A stretch of 64,000 nucleotides of DNA from Tubulanus polymorphus (taxonomy: Eukaryota; Animalia; Nemertea): NCBI RefSeq assembly GCF_964204645.1, contig NC_134030.1, positions 4,320,778-4,384,777 on the forward strand. Direction: 5' to 3'. Positions 1 through 13,929 of the stretch are shown one piece after another. The notes under the pieces were generated by a model that did no database searches, had not been told where the DNA came from, and saw only the letters and a program-made list of their open reading frames with translations. The translations under genes and the position numbers were made by a program. Positions within the stretch are counted from its first letter, which is position 1, and each line of letters starts with the position of its first letter.

Positions 1-762
1 TGAATTTTAAAATTACGCGTATTTCAACGCACGATTGTATCATGATTCAACATTTAAAATTAAAATTCAAAATCAGATTTCTCTAAAACTAAAACCTGAG
101 GCTTTCTGAAAATTGAGTATATTATTTAGGAGACTCTATTCTTCAGGTCGATGTAATGCAGATGTCTGTGCATTGATTTGATCATAGTTAAAATACGCGT
201 CATTTCAAGAGAAGTTTGCACCATGGCGCGATATTTAAATATTAAAATTCAAAATCAAATTTCTCTAAAACTAAAAACTGAGGCTTCCTGGAAATCTAGT
301 ATTGTGAAGGACACTCTATCCTTTAAGTTGATTTAAGGCAGATGTCTGTGCATTGATTCATAGTAAAAACGCAATATTGCAATACACGATTGCATCATGG
401 CGCGGTGTTTAAAAATTAGAATTAAAAATCAAATTTTTCTAACACTAAAACCTGAAGCTTTCTGAAAATTTAGTATATTATTAAAGAAACCCTATTCTAT
501 GAGTTGATTTAAGGCAGATGTCTGTGCATTGATTTGATCATAGTTAAAAACGCGTCATTTCAATACACGATTACATCATGGCGGGTTATTTAAAGATTAA
601 AATTCAAAATTAAATTTCTCTTAAACTGAAACCTGAGGCTTTCTGAAAATCTAGTATATTATAAAGGAAACTATATTCTTTAATTTGATTTAAGGCAGAT
701 GTCCGTGCATTGATTTGATCATCTTACTTGGGGAACACAAAGTGTTGTCCCAAGTAGGCTAC
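1..762. repeat. ~179-bp tandem repeat (about 4 copies, truncated by window edge) ending in a subterminal palindrome; probably the internal array of a Helentron/HINE-type element
   Basis: GCAGATGTCTGTGCATTGAT recurs at ~158, 338, 515, 695; array ends at hairpin CTTGGGGAACAC-AAA-GTGTTGTCCCAAG (~727-755). Confidence 0.75.
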
Positions 763-2364
763 CTGTGTATTGATTTTACTTTTCGTCAAGAACGAATGAT
801 GTTATTGACACGATCTTGATATTTTGTTTATGGCATTGATTATGCCTGCTACGCAAGTGTATTGACATTCCTAAAATTGGATGAGGCGTTGATAATTTTA
901 TGAGATACCCACACGATTGATTGGGGGAAAACTTAGGTCATTTCTCAAACATTTGTTATTCATAATTTACAATTTGTCATGGTACTAGTTTTGGGAATTT
1001 TTTGAGACGGATTGGGAAAACATTCAGATAATGATTGAGAAAATTGACGACTCATGTAGGCCTAAGGCCTACGAATGGCTGTGAACGAAAAATATGGCCT
1101 TAGCTCGGCTGGGTCATATTTGTAAAATATGAAAAAATTTGTTAAAAGTTCATTTCTACAGCGACCGGGTCTGTAATGGTAAAATTGATCACGGTTTTAA
1201 AAAAAAAAGTCATGTACAGGGACAGGGTAGATAGGCGGCAGGCCGGGTCTACTTTAAAGCTCGGCAGAGCAGAGAAACAAGGTTCCAAATCAATTTTTTT
1301 TAGCCTTAAGACATGCTTGCAACTGCTGTGATGATGAGGTAAGCTATTTAAACGAAAAAGCACCTTTCACATTTTTCGGAAGGCATTAGAGAGGATGGCT
1401 AGCCACCCTAACCCCCTAGATCCGCCCCTGCTACAGTAAACCGGCCGCCCTACTGGAACTAGAGACCCGCTAGATTGGCACTAGTTGTGCAGTGAATATC
1501 CGAGTGAGGTTTACTGTAGTTTTCTATCACCTAATGTATCAATAAACTGGAAAATATAATCCCAGGGACTATCAAGTTTAAATGTGCATGAGTAGACCGA
1601 GTTCTAACTAAAATCTATTAAAACAAGTGAGTACAGGTGATTGTACAGACGATAGATTGAGTTTGAAAGTGTCTGAGTCCGAGTCAATACTATAATTGAT
1701 TAGTGTGATTCGAGTTAATTAAAGAGCCGAGAGCTGAGTCAACTGTAGATCACAGAAAAATAACACAAACAATTTGTAGTGAACAACTAAACCACGAATA
1801 GGTTTTTAGTTGTGATTAATAGTTCAATATGTATTTACATGCAAACAAAGGTCAACCAATTATCAAACACCAATCACAAAGCCCTTTAAATCAATTAAGC
1901 ACCACAAAATCAATATAATTCAGCAATGTAACAAATAAAAGACAACATAAACTGGTAACGTAAGTACTTTCCACCTCGTTTACTATTCTACAGCAAGTTG
2001 AGAATACAGCTCCTCTACGAATCGATCATGTCATTTCATAGAAATAAATATGGTATTCACAAAAACAAACTAGTTAAAATGTATTGTAATTAACCAAAAC
2101 CGACAGAAGTCAACACGAAGAAATCAAGGTCAGTCATCATGTCATGTCGATATTCAAACACACTACGGAACTGACTGCTGCATTTCATTTCGACCTCAAA
2201 ACAACATCAACAATTCTTTAGAAGCGATCAAAGATATTCTAACTGGTTTTATTTAAATCAAAATAAATAAATAAATAAAAAATCTCAAATTGAACACATA
2301 TGTTCATACACACGGTCAGTTGCACACACAAGAATTCTCAAAGTCTTAACACGCAGAAGAGTTG

Positions 2365-2670
2365 TCCAAGTTCCAGCAACGCATTAAGAGTTCTCCAAGT
2401 TCGAGCAACGCATTCGAGTTCTCCAAGTTCCAGCAACGCAATAGAGTTCTCGAAGTTCCAGCAACGCGTTAGAGTTCACCAAGTTCCAGCAACGCATTAG
2501 AGTTCTGGAAGTTCCAGCAACGCATCAGAGTTCTCCAAGTTCTAGCAACGCATAAGAGTTCTCCCAAGTTTCAGCAACGCATCTCGAAGTTCCAGCAACG
2601 CGTTAGAGTTCTCTTAGTTCCAGGAATGCATTAGAGTTCTCTAAGTTCCAGAAACGCATTAGAGTTCTCA
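2365..2670. repeat. 28-bp minisatellite (AGTTCCAGCAACGCATTAGAGTTCTCCA), about 11 copies
   Basis: Direct inspection of tandem units. Confidence 0.9.
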
Positions 2671-2784
2671 AATGATTAACAGGCGCCATCTTATTATTAA
2701 ATTAGATGTATCACACATTTTTTCACCTAGAAGACAAATCAAACAAACATTAAAGGATATTTTAAACAATCAATAAAACATTTC

Positions 2785-4150
2785 AAGTCGTTTTTCTATT
2801 ACAATATACCTGATTTATAGTCTGTTCAGATTCATGACTCATCCATTCTTTCATCCTTTCAACTTTGGAAGAATATTCATGTAAATCCCTGCAGGTATTT
2901 TTCCATCTTGTAGTAACATAACATCTTTAGATATTTCCTACTTACAACACAAAAACTCAAAATATGAATAATTTTTGAATAATGTCAGATATGAAAATTG
3001 ATTCATGTAATTTCAAAGTTATACCTGATTTAAAGTCAGTTCAGACTAATAATTCGACCTTCCTTTGCAACTGTTCACTTTGTGACACTACTTTGTTGTT
3101 GACTAAGGCAGATAACTCAGTACTACTGATCTCAGCAGTGACATTCATCTAACTGATGCCTGGTGATTATCTCATCTATAGTGACTCAGTTCTGTGGACC
3201 TCTCATTATTTGCTACAAGAAAACACAAAATATGAATACCGGCAATTTTCAATTTTTGAGATTTTTATATAAATTCAATATTATACCTGATTTATTGTCA
3301 GTTCAGACAAATGACTCGACGTTCGACTGGGACTGTTAACGTGTGACTCTTAATTGTTACTTCGTTCCTGACTTAGAGGCAGATACAGCACAGCGCCACT
3401 GATCTCATCTCACTTGTGATCCTCTTATCTCACTGGAGACGCCCAGATCTTACCACTTGGATAAACATAGTTCTGTACTGATCTCACTGGTGATATTCTC
3501 ATCTCTGGTGACACTCAGTTCTGTGGTAAACCTCTCAATATTAGCTAAAAGAAAACAAAATATGAATAAATTTAGATTTTGACACTTTGATCTATAGTCA
3601 GTTCAATGACTGATCCTTCCTCTGGTATTGCATGTCTAATGATTTGCTACAAGAAAACATGTAACAGACCATCATAACGTTTGAGACTTTCCTAACAACA
3701 AGAAATCCATGTCTATCTAACTTAATATACCTCATTTATAGTCAGTTCAGACGAATGACTCGACATTCCTCTGGAACTAAAAACCTTCCTTGCGACTCTG
3801 TAACTCTGTTGCTGACTTTGACGGAGATGAATCAGTACTACTTATCTCAGTGGTGACATTCATCTAACTGATGCCCGGTGATTGTCTCATCTCTGGTGAG
3901 ACTCAGTTCTGTGGTAAACCTCTCAATATTTGCTACAAGAAAACACAAAATATGAATACTTTTTTCAATTTTGAGACTTCGAAAATTGATTTATACAATT
4001 TTCAATATCCATACCTGATTTAAAGTCAGTTCAGACTCATGACTTGATGTTCCTCTGGAACTGTGAACTTTCCCTGTGACTCGTGTCACTTTGTTCCTGA
4101 CTTTGAGGGAGATAACTCAGTACAACTGATCTGGCTGATCTGACACTACA
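2785..4150 (-). ncRNA. Array of about 6 duplicated exon-intron cassettes, putative spliced non-coding transcript
   Basis: Minus-strand donors (C/G)AG|GTAT at 2810, 3025, 3287, 3731, 4015; polypyrimidine acceptors such as TTTTCTTGTAG| at 2940, 3212, 3544, 3646, 3932; exon 3025-3212 has stops in all 3 frames. Confidence 0.45.
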
Positions 4151-4829
4151 ATCTCTCTATAATCACTGCGACTTAATCTTCACTATATTATTTCAGACAT
4201 TGATAATTTCACATTTCATTTTTTTCCATTTTACAATTAATCATTAACCTTTTATATTTTTTTCTACAAAATGGGTATCTAAGATTATTTGTACAATTAA
4301 TGCTTTTCAATGACAAATACTGAAATATTATCACAAATTATTTCCACACACGAACAAAGAAAGATAGCACGCTACATGGACCCGCGGGTGTGCATGTGTA
4401 TACCCTGAAATATACATAAACACAATTTGTGTGTCTTTATGTATTTAGTGCCATTTCATGCAAGTGCGTTAGTGCATGGATGCATCAGTGCAAAATGAGA
4501 CGTCAGGTGCAAAGTGAGACGTCAGGTGCTTAGTGAGGAGACGTCAATTGTTTTCACCGGTGTTTATGATGATCGATCTTCACTTTATAGGCTATAATGG
4601 ATAAGAGTTGACTCCAATGTTTTGAAGTTTTATCAACTCAGGTTTAGAGTTTATCAGCATTCATAAAACGCTCTGACCCAGTTTAGCTGATTCAAGGGCT
4701 ATCTAACACCTAGGCTATCAAGGGCTATCAAGCAATAGCATCTTCGAATGTAACAATCTTAAAACGCAACTCCGTAATGTGATAATAAGTTGCTGATACA
4801 ATATATAAACAGTACTAACACCAGTGAAA

Positions 4830-7800
4830 TTTCAATGATACAACCACCACAAAGCTATCAATGGATAGCTGTGTTGAATATTTATAAATTTAAACGTAAA
4901 GTCGCGACAAGGGAGATCAGAAAACATAACAATCAATCCCAATTCACCGACTTAAATTAGAATTTATACACTGAACCAACACCAGCGACATTTCAATGAT
5001 ACAACCACCACAAAGCTATCGATGGATAGCTCTCCTTTCGATGGATAGCTCTCTTTTGAATATCTATACATTTAAATCGTTAAGTCATAATAAGGACGAT
5101 CAGGAAACAAAACTCACCAAAACTCAATATCACCCAAAAGCAGAGTGTATCAATTAACACCACCAGCGAGCAGGAGTATTAATGAGGTCATCAGTGATGT
5201 AAGACACTGAAAATTCAGTTTGTCACGTTTCTACATGACAGTTGAAGATGGAAGGAGAAGACTCCTGAACTCAATATCACGTTTTAATTAACAAGCACCA
5301 GCAAGCAGCAGTATTAAAGGTGGCCATCAGTGTTGTAACACACTGACAATGCAGTTTGTTTGTCACGTTTCTACATGACAGTTGAAGAAGGAAGGAGAAG
5401 ACTCCTTAACTCAATATCACCCCAAAACAGAGTGTTTTAATTAACACCACCAGCAAGCAGCAGTATTAAAGGAGGTCATCAGTGTTGTAACACACTGACA
5501 ATGCAGTTTGTTTGTCACGTTTCTACATGACAGTTGAAGAAGGAAGGAGGAGACTCCTGAACTCAATATCACCCCTAAAAAGGTGGAATAATTAACATGG
5601 AGAAGGAACTTGCCAGCTTTTTAGATGGCCATAATGTGTAATTTGATAATGTAATTATGTAACAATTCATGATGTAATAATGTTTAATGTAATAATCTTT
5701 ATTGTTATAATGTTTAATGTAATAATTCATGAAGGTAAGGGAAGGAGGTAAGAATTAACACCCAGCAGCAACGAGCAGTATTAAAGGAGCCCATCAGTGT
5801 TGTATCACACTGACAATTCAGTTTGCCACGTTTCTATGTGACAGTTGGAGAAGGAAGGAGGAGACTCCTGAACTCAATATCATCCCAAAACAGAGCGTTT
5901 TAATTTACACGCACCAGCAAGCAGCAGTATTAAAGGAGGTCATCAGGTAAGACACCAGGAGGACAATTCAGTTTGTCACATTTCTACATGACAGTGTTGA
6001 AGAAGGAAGGAGGAGACTCCTGAACTCAATATCACCCCAAAACAGAGTGTGTATCAGTGTTTTGTAGCACTTAACTTTCATCACCAACAATTGATTGAGC
6101 AGTAATTAACCCAGTGTTTTTGAACACTAAACAAGGAATTTCAATGATACAACCACCACAAAGCTATCGATGGATAGCTCCTTTGAATATCTATACATTT
6201 AAAACGTTGTCGCAATAATGACAATCAGGAAATATAAGAATCAATCCCAATTCATCGACATATATTACAATATATACACAAAACCAACACCAGCGACATT
6301 TCAATGATACAACCACCACAAAGCTATCGATGGATAGCTCCTTTGAATATTTATACATTTAAAACGTAAAGTCGCAATAAGGACGATCAGGAAACAACAA
6401 TCCCAATTCACTGACATATATTACAATATATACACAAAACCAACACCAGCAGCATTTCAATGATACAACCACCACAAAGCTATCGATGGATAACTCCTTT
6501 GAATATTTATACATTTAAAACATTAAGTCCCAATAAGGACGATGAGGAACATAAAAATCAATCCCAATTCACCAACATATTTTACAATATATACAAAAAA
6601 CCAACACCAGCGACATTTCAAAGTTTCAACCACCACAAAGCTATCGATGGATAGCTCCTTTGAACATTTATACATTTAAAACGTTAAGTCGCAATAAGGA
6701 TGATCAGGAAACATAACAATCAATCCCAATTCATTGACATATATTACAATATATACACAGAACCAACACCAGTGACATTTCAATGATACAACCACCACAA
6801 AGCTATCAATGGATAGCACCTTGAATATTTATACATTTAAAACGTTAAGTCGCAAAACTGAGTGTTTTAATTAACATGCACCAGCAAGGAGCAGTATTAA
6901 AGGCCCTCAGTGATGTAACGCACTGACAATTCAGTTCGTTTGTCACGTTTCTACATGACAGTTGAAGAAGGAAGGAGAAGACTCCTGAACTCAATATCAA
7001 CCCAAAACAGAGTGTATCAATCAACACCCAGCAGCAAGCAGCAGTATTTAAGGAGGATGATTCATGATGTTATAATGTTTAATGTAATAATTCTATTGTA
7101 ATAATGTTTAATGTAATAATTCAAGAAGGTAAGGGAAAGAGAAACAATTCTCAATATCACCTCTAAATCAATGAATTAACACCCAGCAGCAAGCAGCAGT
7201 ATTAAAGGAGGTCATCAGTGTTGTAACACACTGACAATTCAGTTTGTTTGTCACGTTTCTACATGACAGTTGAAGAAGGAAGGAGGAGACTCCTGATCTC
7301 AATATCACCCCAAGACAGAGCGTTTTAATTTACACCCAGCAGCAAGCAGCAGTATTAAAGGAGGTCATCAGTGTTGTAACACACTGACAATGCAGTTTGT
7401 TTGTCACGTTTCTACATGACAGTTGAAGAAGGAAGGAGGAGACTCCTGAACTCAATATATCACCCCAAAACAGAGTGTTTTAATTAACAAGCACCAGCAA
7501 GCAGCAGTATTAAAGGAGATCATCAGGTTGGACATCAGGATGACAATTCAGTTTGTTTGTCACATTTCTACATGACAGTTGAAGAAGGAAGGGGGAGACT
7601 CCTGAACTCAATATCACCCCTAAAAAGGTGGAATGATTAACATGGAGAAGGAACTAGCCAGCTTTTTAGATGGCCATAATGTGTAATTTGATAATGTAAT
7701 TATGTAACAATTCATGATGTAATAATGTTTAATGTAATAATTCTTATTGTGATAATGTTTAATGCAATAATTCAAGAAGGTAAGGGAAGGAGGTAAGAAT

Positions 7801-10800
7801 TAACACCCAGCAGTAACGAGCAGTATTAAAGGAGGCCATCAGTGTTGTATCACACTGACAATTCAGTTTGTCACGTTTCTACGTGACAGTTGAAGAAGGA
7901 AGGAGGAGACTCCTGAACGAAGGAAGGAAGGAGACTCCTGAACGAAGGAAGGAAGGAGACTGTTGAACTCAATATCATCCCAAAACAGAGTGTATTAAAT
8001 AACACCCAGCAGCAAGCAGCAGTATTAAAGGAGGTCATCAGTGTTGTAACACACTGACAAGTCAGTTTGTTTGTCGCATTTCTACATGACAGTGTTGAAG
8101 AAGGAAGGAGGAGACTCCTGACCTCAATATCACCCCAAAACAGAGTGTATCAGTGTTTTGTAACACTTAACTTTCATCACCACCAAATGATTTAGCAGTA
8201 ATTTACCCACAGTGTTGTGTAACACTTAAATTTTATCACCACCAATTTAGCAGTATTTCACCCACAGTGTTTTTGAACACTTAACGAGGAATTTCAATGA
8301 TACAACCACCACAAAGCTATCGATGGATAGCTCCTTTGAATATTTATACATTTAAAACGTAAAGTCGCAATAAGGACGATCAGGAAACAACAATCCCAAT
8401 TCACTGACATATATTACAATATATACACAAAACCAACACCAGCAGCATTTCAATGATACAACCACCACAAAGCTATCGATGGATAGCTCCTTTGAATATC
8501 TATACATTTAAAACGTTAAGTCGCAATAAGGACGATCAGGAAACATAACAATCAATCCCAATTCACCGACATATTTCACAATATATACACAAAACCATCA
8601 CCAGCGACATTTCAATGATACAACCACCACAAAGCTATCGATGGATAGCATCTTTGAATATTCATACGTTTAAAACGTTAAGTCGCAAAACTGAGTGTGC
8701 TAATTAACATGCACCAGCAAGCAGCAGTATTAAAGGAGGCCCTCAGTGATCTAACGCACTGACAATTCAGTTCGTTTGTCATGTTTCTTCATGACAGTTG
8801 AAGAAGGAAGGAGAAGACTCCTGAACTCAATATCAACCCAAAACCGAGTGTATCAATTAACACCACCAGCAAGCAGCAGTATTAAAGGAGGTTATCAGTG
8901 TTGTAACACACTGACAATTCAGTTCATTTGTCACGTTTCTACATGACAGTTGAAGAAGGAAGGAGAAGACTCCTTAACTCAATATCACCCCAAAACAGAG
9001 TGTATCAATTAACACCACCAGCAAGCAGCAGTATTAAAGGAGGTCATCAGTGTTGTAACACACTGACAATGCAGTTTGTTTGTCACGTTTCTACATGACA
9101 GTTAAAGAAGGAAGGAGGAGACTCCTTAACTCAATATCACCCCAAAACAGAGTGTATCAATTAACACCACCAGCAAGCAGCAGTATTAAAGGAGGTCATC
9201 AGTGTTATAACACACTGACAATGCAGTTTGTTTGTCATGTTTCTACATGACAGTTAAAGAAGGAAGGAGGAGACTCCTTAACTCAATATCACCCCAAAAC
9301 AGAGTTTATCAATTAACACCACCAGCAAGCAGCAGTATTAAAGGAGGTCATCAGTGTTGTAACACACTGACAATGCAGTTTGTTAGTCAGGTTTCTACAT
9401 GACAGTTGAAGAAGGAAGGAGGAGACTCCTTAACTCAATATCACCCCAAAACAGAGCGTTTTAATTTTCACCCACATCAAGCAGCAGTATTAAAGGAGGT
9501 AATCAGTGTTGTAACACACTGACAATGCAGTCTGTTTGTCATGTTTCTACATGAAAGATGAGGAAGGAAGGAGGAGACTCCTTAACTCAATATCACCCCA
9601 AAACAGAGTGTATCAATTAACACCACCAGCAAGCAGCATTATTAAAGGAGGTAATCAGTGTAGTAACACACTGACCATGCAGTTTGTTTGTCATGTTTCT
9701 ACATGACAGTTGAAGAAGGAAGGAGGAGACTCCTGAACTCAATATATCACCCAAAAATAGTGTTTTAATTAACATGCACTAGCAAGCAGCAGTATTAAAG
9801 GAGATCATCAGGTTCGACACCAGGAGGACAATTCAGTTTGTTTGTCACATTTCTACATGACAGTTGAAGAAGGAAGGAGGAGGCTCCTGAACTCAATATC
9901 ACCCCTTAAAAGTGGAATGATTAACATGGAGAAGGAACTTGCCAGCTTTTTAGATGGCCATAATGTGTAATTTGGTAACGTAATTATGTAACAATTCATG
10001 ATGTAATAATGTTTAATGTAATAATTTTTATTGTGATAATGTTTCATGTAATAATTCATGAAGGTAAGGGAAGAAGGTAAGAATTACTACCCAGCAGCAA
10101 CGAGCAGTATTAAAGGAGCCCATCAGTGTTGTTTCACACTGACAATTCAGTTTGTTTGTCACGTTTCTACGTGACAGTTGAAGAAGGAAGGAGGAGACTC
10201 CTGAACTCAATATCATCCCAAAACAGAGTGTATTAAATAACACCCAGCAGCAAGCAGCAGTATTAAAGGAGATCATCAGGTTGGACATCAGGAGGACAAT
10301 TCAGTTTGTTTGTCACATTTCTACATGACAGTGTTGAAGAAGGAAGGAGGAGACTCCTGACCTCAATATCACCCCAAAACAGAGTGTATCAGTGTTTTGT
10401 AACACTTAACTTTCATCACCACCAAATGATTTAGCAGTAATTCACCCACAGTGTTGTGTAACACTTAAATTTTATCACCACCAATTTAGCAGTATTTCAC
10501 CCACAGTGTTTTTGAACACGTAACGAGGAATTTCAATGATACAACCACCACAAAGCTATCGATGGATAGCTCCTTTGAATATTTATACATTTAAAACGTT
10601 AAGTCACAATAAGGACGATCAGGAAACATAACAATCAATCCCAATTCACCAACAGATATAACGATATATACACAGAACCAACACCAGCGACATTTCAATG
10701 ATACAACCACCACAAAGCTATCGATGGATAGCTGCTTTGAATATTTATACATTTAAAACGTTAAGTCGCAAAACTGAGTGTGCTAATTTTACATGCACCA

Positions 10801-11735
10801 GCAAGCAGCAGTATTAAAGGAGGCCCTCAGTGATCTAACGCACTGACAATTCAGTTCGTTTGTCACGTTTCTACATGACAGTTGAAGAAGGAAGGAGAAG
10901 GCTCCTGAACTCAATATCAACCCTAAACAGAGTGTATCAATTAACACCACCAGCAAGCAGCAGTATTAAAGGTGGTCATCAGTGTTGTAACACACTGACA
11001 ATGCAGTTTGTTTGTCACGTTTCTACATGACAGTTAAAGAAGGAAGGAAAAGGCTCCTGAACTCAATATCAACCCAAAACAGAGTGTATCAATTAACACC
11101 ACCAGCAAGCAGCAGTATTAAAGGTGGTCATCAGTGTTGTAACACACTGACAATGCAGTTTGTTTGTCACGTTTCTACATGACAGTTAAAGAAGGAAGGA
11201 GAAGGCTCCTGAACTCAATATCAACCCAAAACAGAGTGTATCAATTAACACCACCAGCAAGCAGCAGTATTAAAGGAGGCCATCAGTGTTGTAACACACT
11301 AACAATGCAGTTTGTTTGTCACGTTTCTATATGACAGTTGAAGAAGGAAGGAGGAGACTCCTTAACTCAATATCACCCCTTAAAAGTGGAATGATTAACA
11401 TGGAGAAGGAACTTGCCAGCTTTTTAGATGGCCATAATGTGTAATTTGATAATGTTATTATGTAACAATTCATGATGTAATAATGGTTAATGTAATAATT
11501 TTTATTGTGATAATGTTTCATGTAATAATTCAAGAAGTTAAGGGAAGAAGGTAAGAATTACCACCCAGCAGCAACGAGCAGTATTAAAGGAGGCCATCAG
11601 TGTTGTATCACACTGACAATTCAGTTTGTTTGTCACGTTTCTACGTGACAGTTGAAGAAGGAAGGAGACTCCTGAACTCAATATCACACCAAAACAGAGT
11701 GTGTCAGTGTTTTGTAAAAGTTAACTTTCATAAAG
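4830..11735. repeat. Composite satellite with higher-order organisation: ~160-bp A units, 152-bp B units, ~180-bp TAA-rich C spacer and D linker
   Basis: A marker ATTTCAATGATACAACCACCACAAAGCTATCGATGGATAGC (period 156-162 at 6138-6777); B marker AATTAACACCACCAGCAAGCAGCAGTATTAAAGG (period 152 at 8855, 9007, 9159, 9311); D linker at ~6055, 8150, 10390, 11705. Confidence 0.92.
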
Positions 11736-11736
11736 A

Positions 11737-12985
11737 GGCAGCAATCAGAGTTTTAAATCACTGACGACGATTAATGTCGACGATGATGCGAATTGGAAAT
11801 TCATTTCAGCAGTAATCAACAGTATTTGGAAGTGACAGCAATCAGTGTTTTGAGTCACTGACAATTAACGTCGATGATACTGCGAATTGGAAATTCATTT
11901 CAGCAGTAATCAACAGTATTTGGAAGTGACAGCAATCAGTGTTTTGAGTCACTGACAATTAACGTCGATGATACTGCGAATTGGAAATTCATTTCAGCAG
12001 TAATCAGCAGTATTTGGAAGAGGCAGCAATCAGTGTTTTGAGTCACTGACAATTAACGTCGATGATACTGCGAATTGGAAATTCATTTCAGCAGTAATCA
12101 GCAGTATTTGGAAGAGGCAGCAATCAGTGTTTTGAGTCACTGACAATTAACGTCGATGATACTGCGAATTGGAAATTCATTTCAGCAGTAATCAGCAGTA
12201 TTTGGAAGAGGCAGCAATCAGTGTTTTGAGTCACTGACAATTAACGTCGATGATACTGCGAATTGGAAATTCATTTCAGCAGTAATCAGCAGTATTTGGA
12301 AAAGGCAGCAATCAGTGTTTTGAGTCACTGACAATTAACGTCGATGATACCGCGAATTGGAAATTCATTTCAGCAGTAATCAGCAGTATTTGGAAGAGGC
12401 AGCAATCAGTGTTTTGAGTCACTGACAATTAACGTCGATGATACTGCGAATTGGAAATTCATTTCAGCAGTAATCAGCAGTATTTGGAAAAGGCAGCAAT
12501 CAGTGTTTTGAGTCACTGACAATTAACGTCGATGATACTGCGAATTGGAAATTCATTTCAGCAGTAATCAGCAGTATTTGGAAAAGGCAGCAATCAGTGT
12601 TTTGAGTCACTGACAATTAACGTCGATGATACTGCGAATTGGAAATTCATTTCAGCAGTAATCAGCAGTATTTGGAAGAGGCAGCAATCAGTGTTTTGAG
12701 TCACTGACAATTAACGTCGATGATACTGCGAATTGGAAATTCATTTCAGCAGTAATCAGCAGTATTTGGAAAAGGCGGCAATCAGTGTTTTGAGTCACTG
12801 ACAATTAACGTCGATGATACTGCAAATTGGAAATTCATTTCAGCAGTAATCAGCAGTATTTGGAAGTAGCAGCAATCAGTGTTTTGAGTCACTGACAATT
12901 AACGTCGATGATACTGCGAATTGGAAATTCATTTCAGCAGCAATCAACAGTATTTGGAAGTGGCAGCAATCAGTGTTTTGAGTCT
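11737..12985. repeat. 94-bp tandem repeat, about 13 near-identical copies
   Basis: TCGATGATAC at 11871, 11965, 12059... (period 94). Confidence 0.95.
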
Positions 12986-13231
12986 CTTGTACTTGAAATT
13001 TCAAGAACGAGTAGATAGGAGATCCCAAATCTCAACATCATCCCTAGGATGGAGGAGGAGGAGAAAATTCATAATTCTTTTAAGTATACCTTATTATTTC
13101 ATACCTACTATTCATTTAAAATATCTGTTAAAAGAGTGAAGAAGGTCATATCAACTAGCCAGTATCATAGTTATTGATTATTCGTCAACATCGGACAATA
13201 ATTGTAGGACAGGTAGTGATTTAAAAAGTTT

Positions 13232-13450
13232 ACAAGCGCCACCCGTACAGTGCCCCCTAGAGATCAAATTGGGAAAATGGCTCTGTAACTTTTTAGCCCT
13301 TGGCCCATAGAATCTACATACCAAGTTTCGTCAAGATCAGAAAAGAACTGTAGCACTAGTAGCAAATTGAAGCATAAGTTGACGGATGGACAGACCGACG
13401 GACGGACAGACGACGACGGGTAATCCCCTAACCCATCAAAACCCATAAAA
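13232..13450. mobile_element. HINE/DINE-1-like (Helentron-associated) non-autonomous fragment
   Basis: AAGTTTCGTCAAGATC motif followed by GGAC/AGAC microsatellite (13381-13419), an arrangement typical of HINE-type elements. Confidence 0.45.
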
Positions 13451-13929
13451 ACTCATTGGAAAGCGGGTTTCATTGAATATCCCTTCCCCAAATATACCAA
13501 TTTCAAATTTCAATGTAATACGGCTAGCATCAGGCTTAAAAATGTTTTTTGCGGCATAAATACCCACAAGAAAGCCATTTTGTTTCTGATCAAAAAATGT
13601 TTTTGAGATGGTGAAATAAAGGGTATTATAAATGTATAACCAAAAATCAAGACGAGAAAAAATATGCAAAATGTACTTATTTTGACCGAGAAACAACAAA
13701 GGCTGGCAGTCCGTTATCTTAATTCTGATAAGGGCCAATACTTAAGATTTGTTTACTGAATATTGAATTTCAACTAAAAAAACTATTCTGACAATTCTGA
13801 TTTCTCAATGTATCATTTTATTGAAGTATTCACAGAAACCAAAACCAATAGAAACCGAACAATCAACAATCAGCAGTTTGTAGAATAACCAGACAGCGCC
13901 TACAGTTAACAATAATAAGTACTGTGCGT

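Noticed and set aside
9853-11533. Near-identical 68-aa ORFs MNYYMKHYHNKNYY...
   Set aside because: Translations of satellite C/B units; other copies are disrupted.
4830-12985. CRISPR-like array (hairpin-containing repeats)
   Set aside because: Sequence between hairpins is also repeated, with no unique spacers and no cas genes; eukaryotic context.
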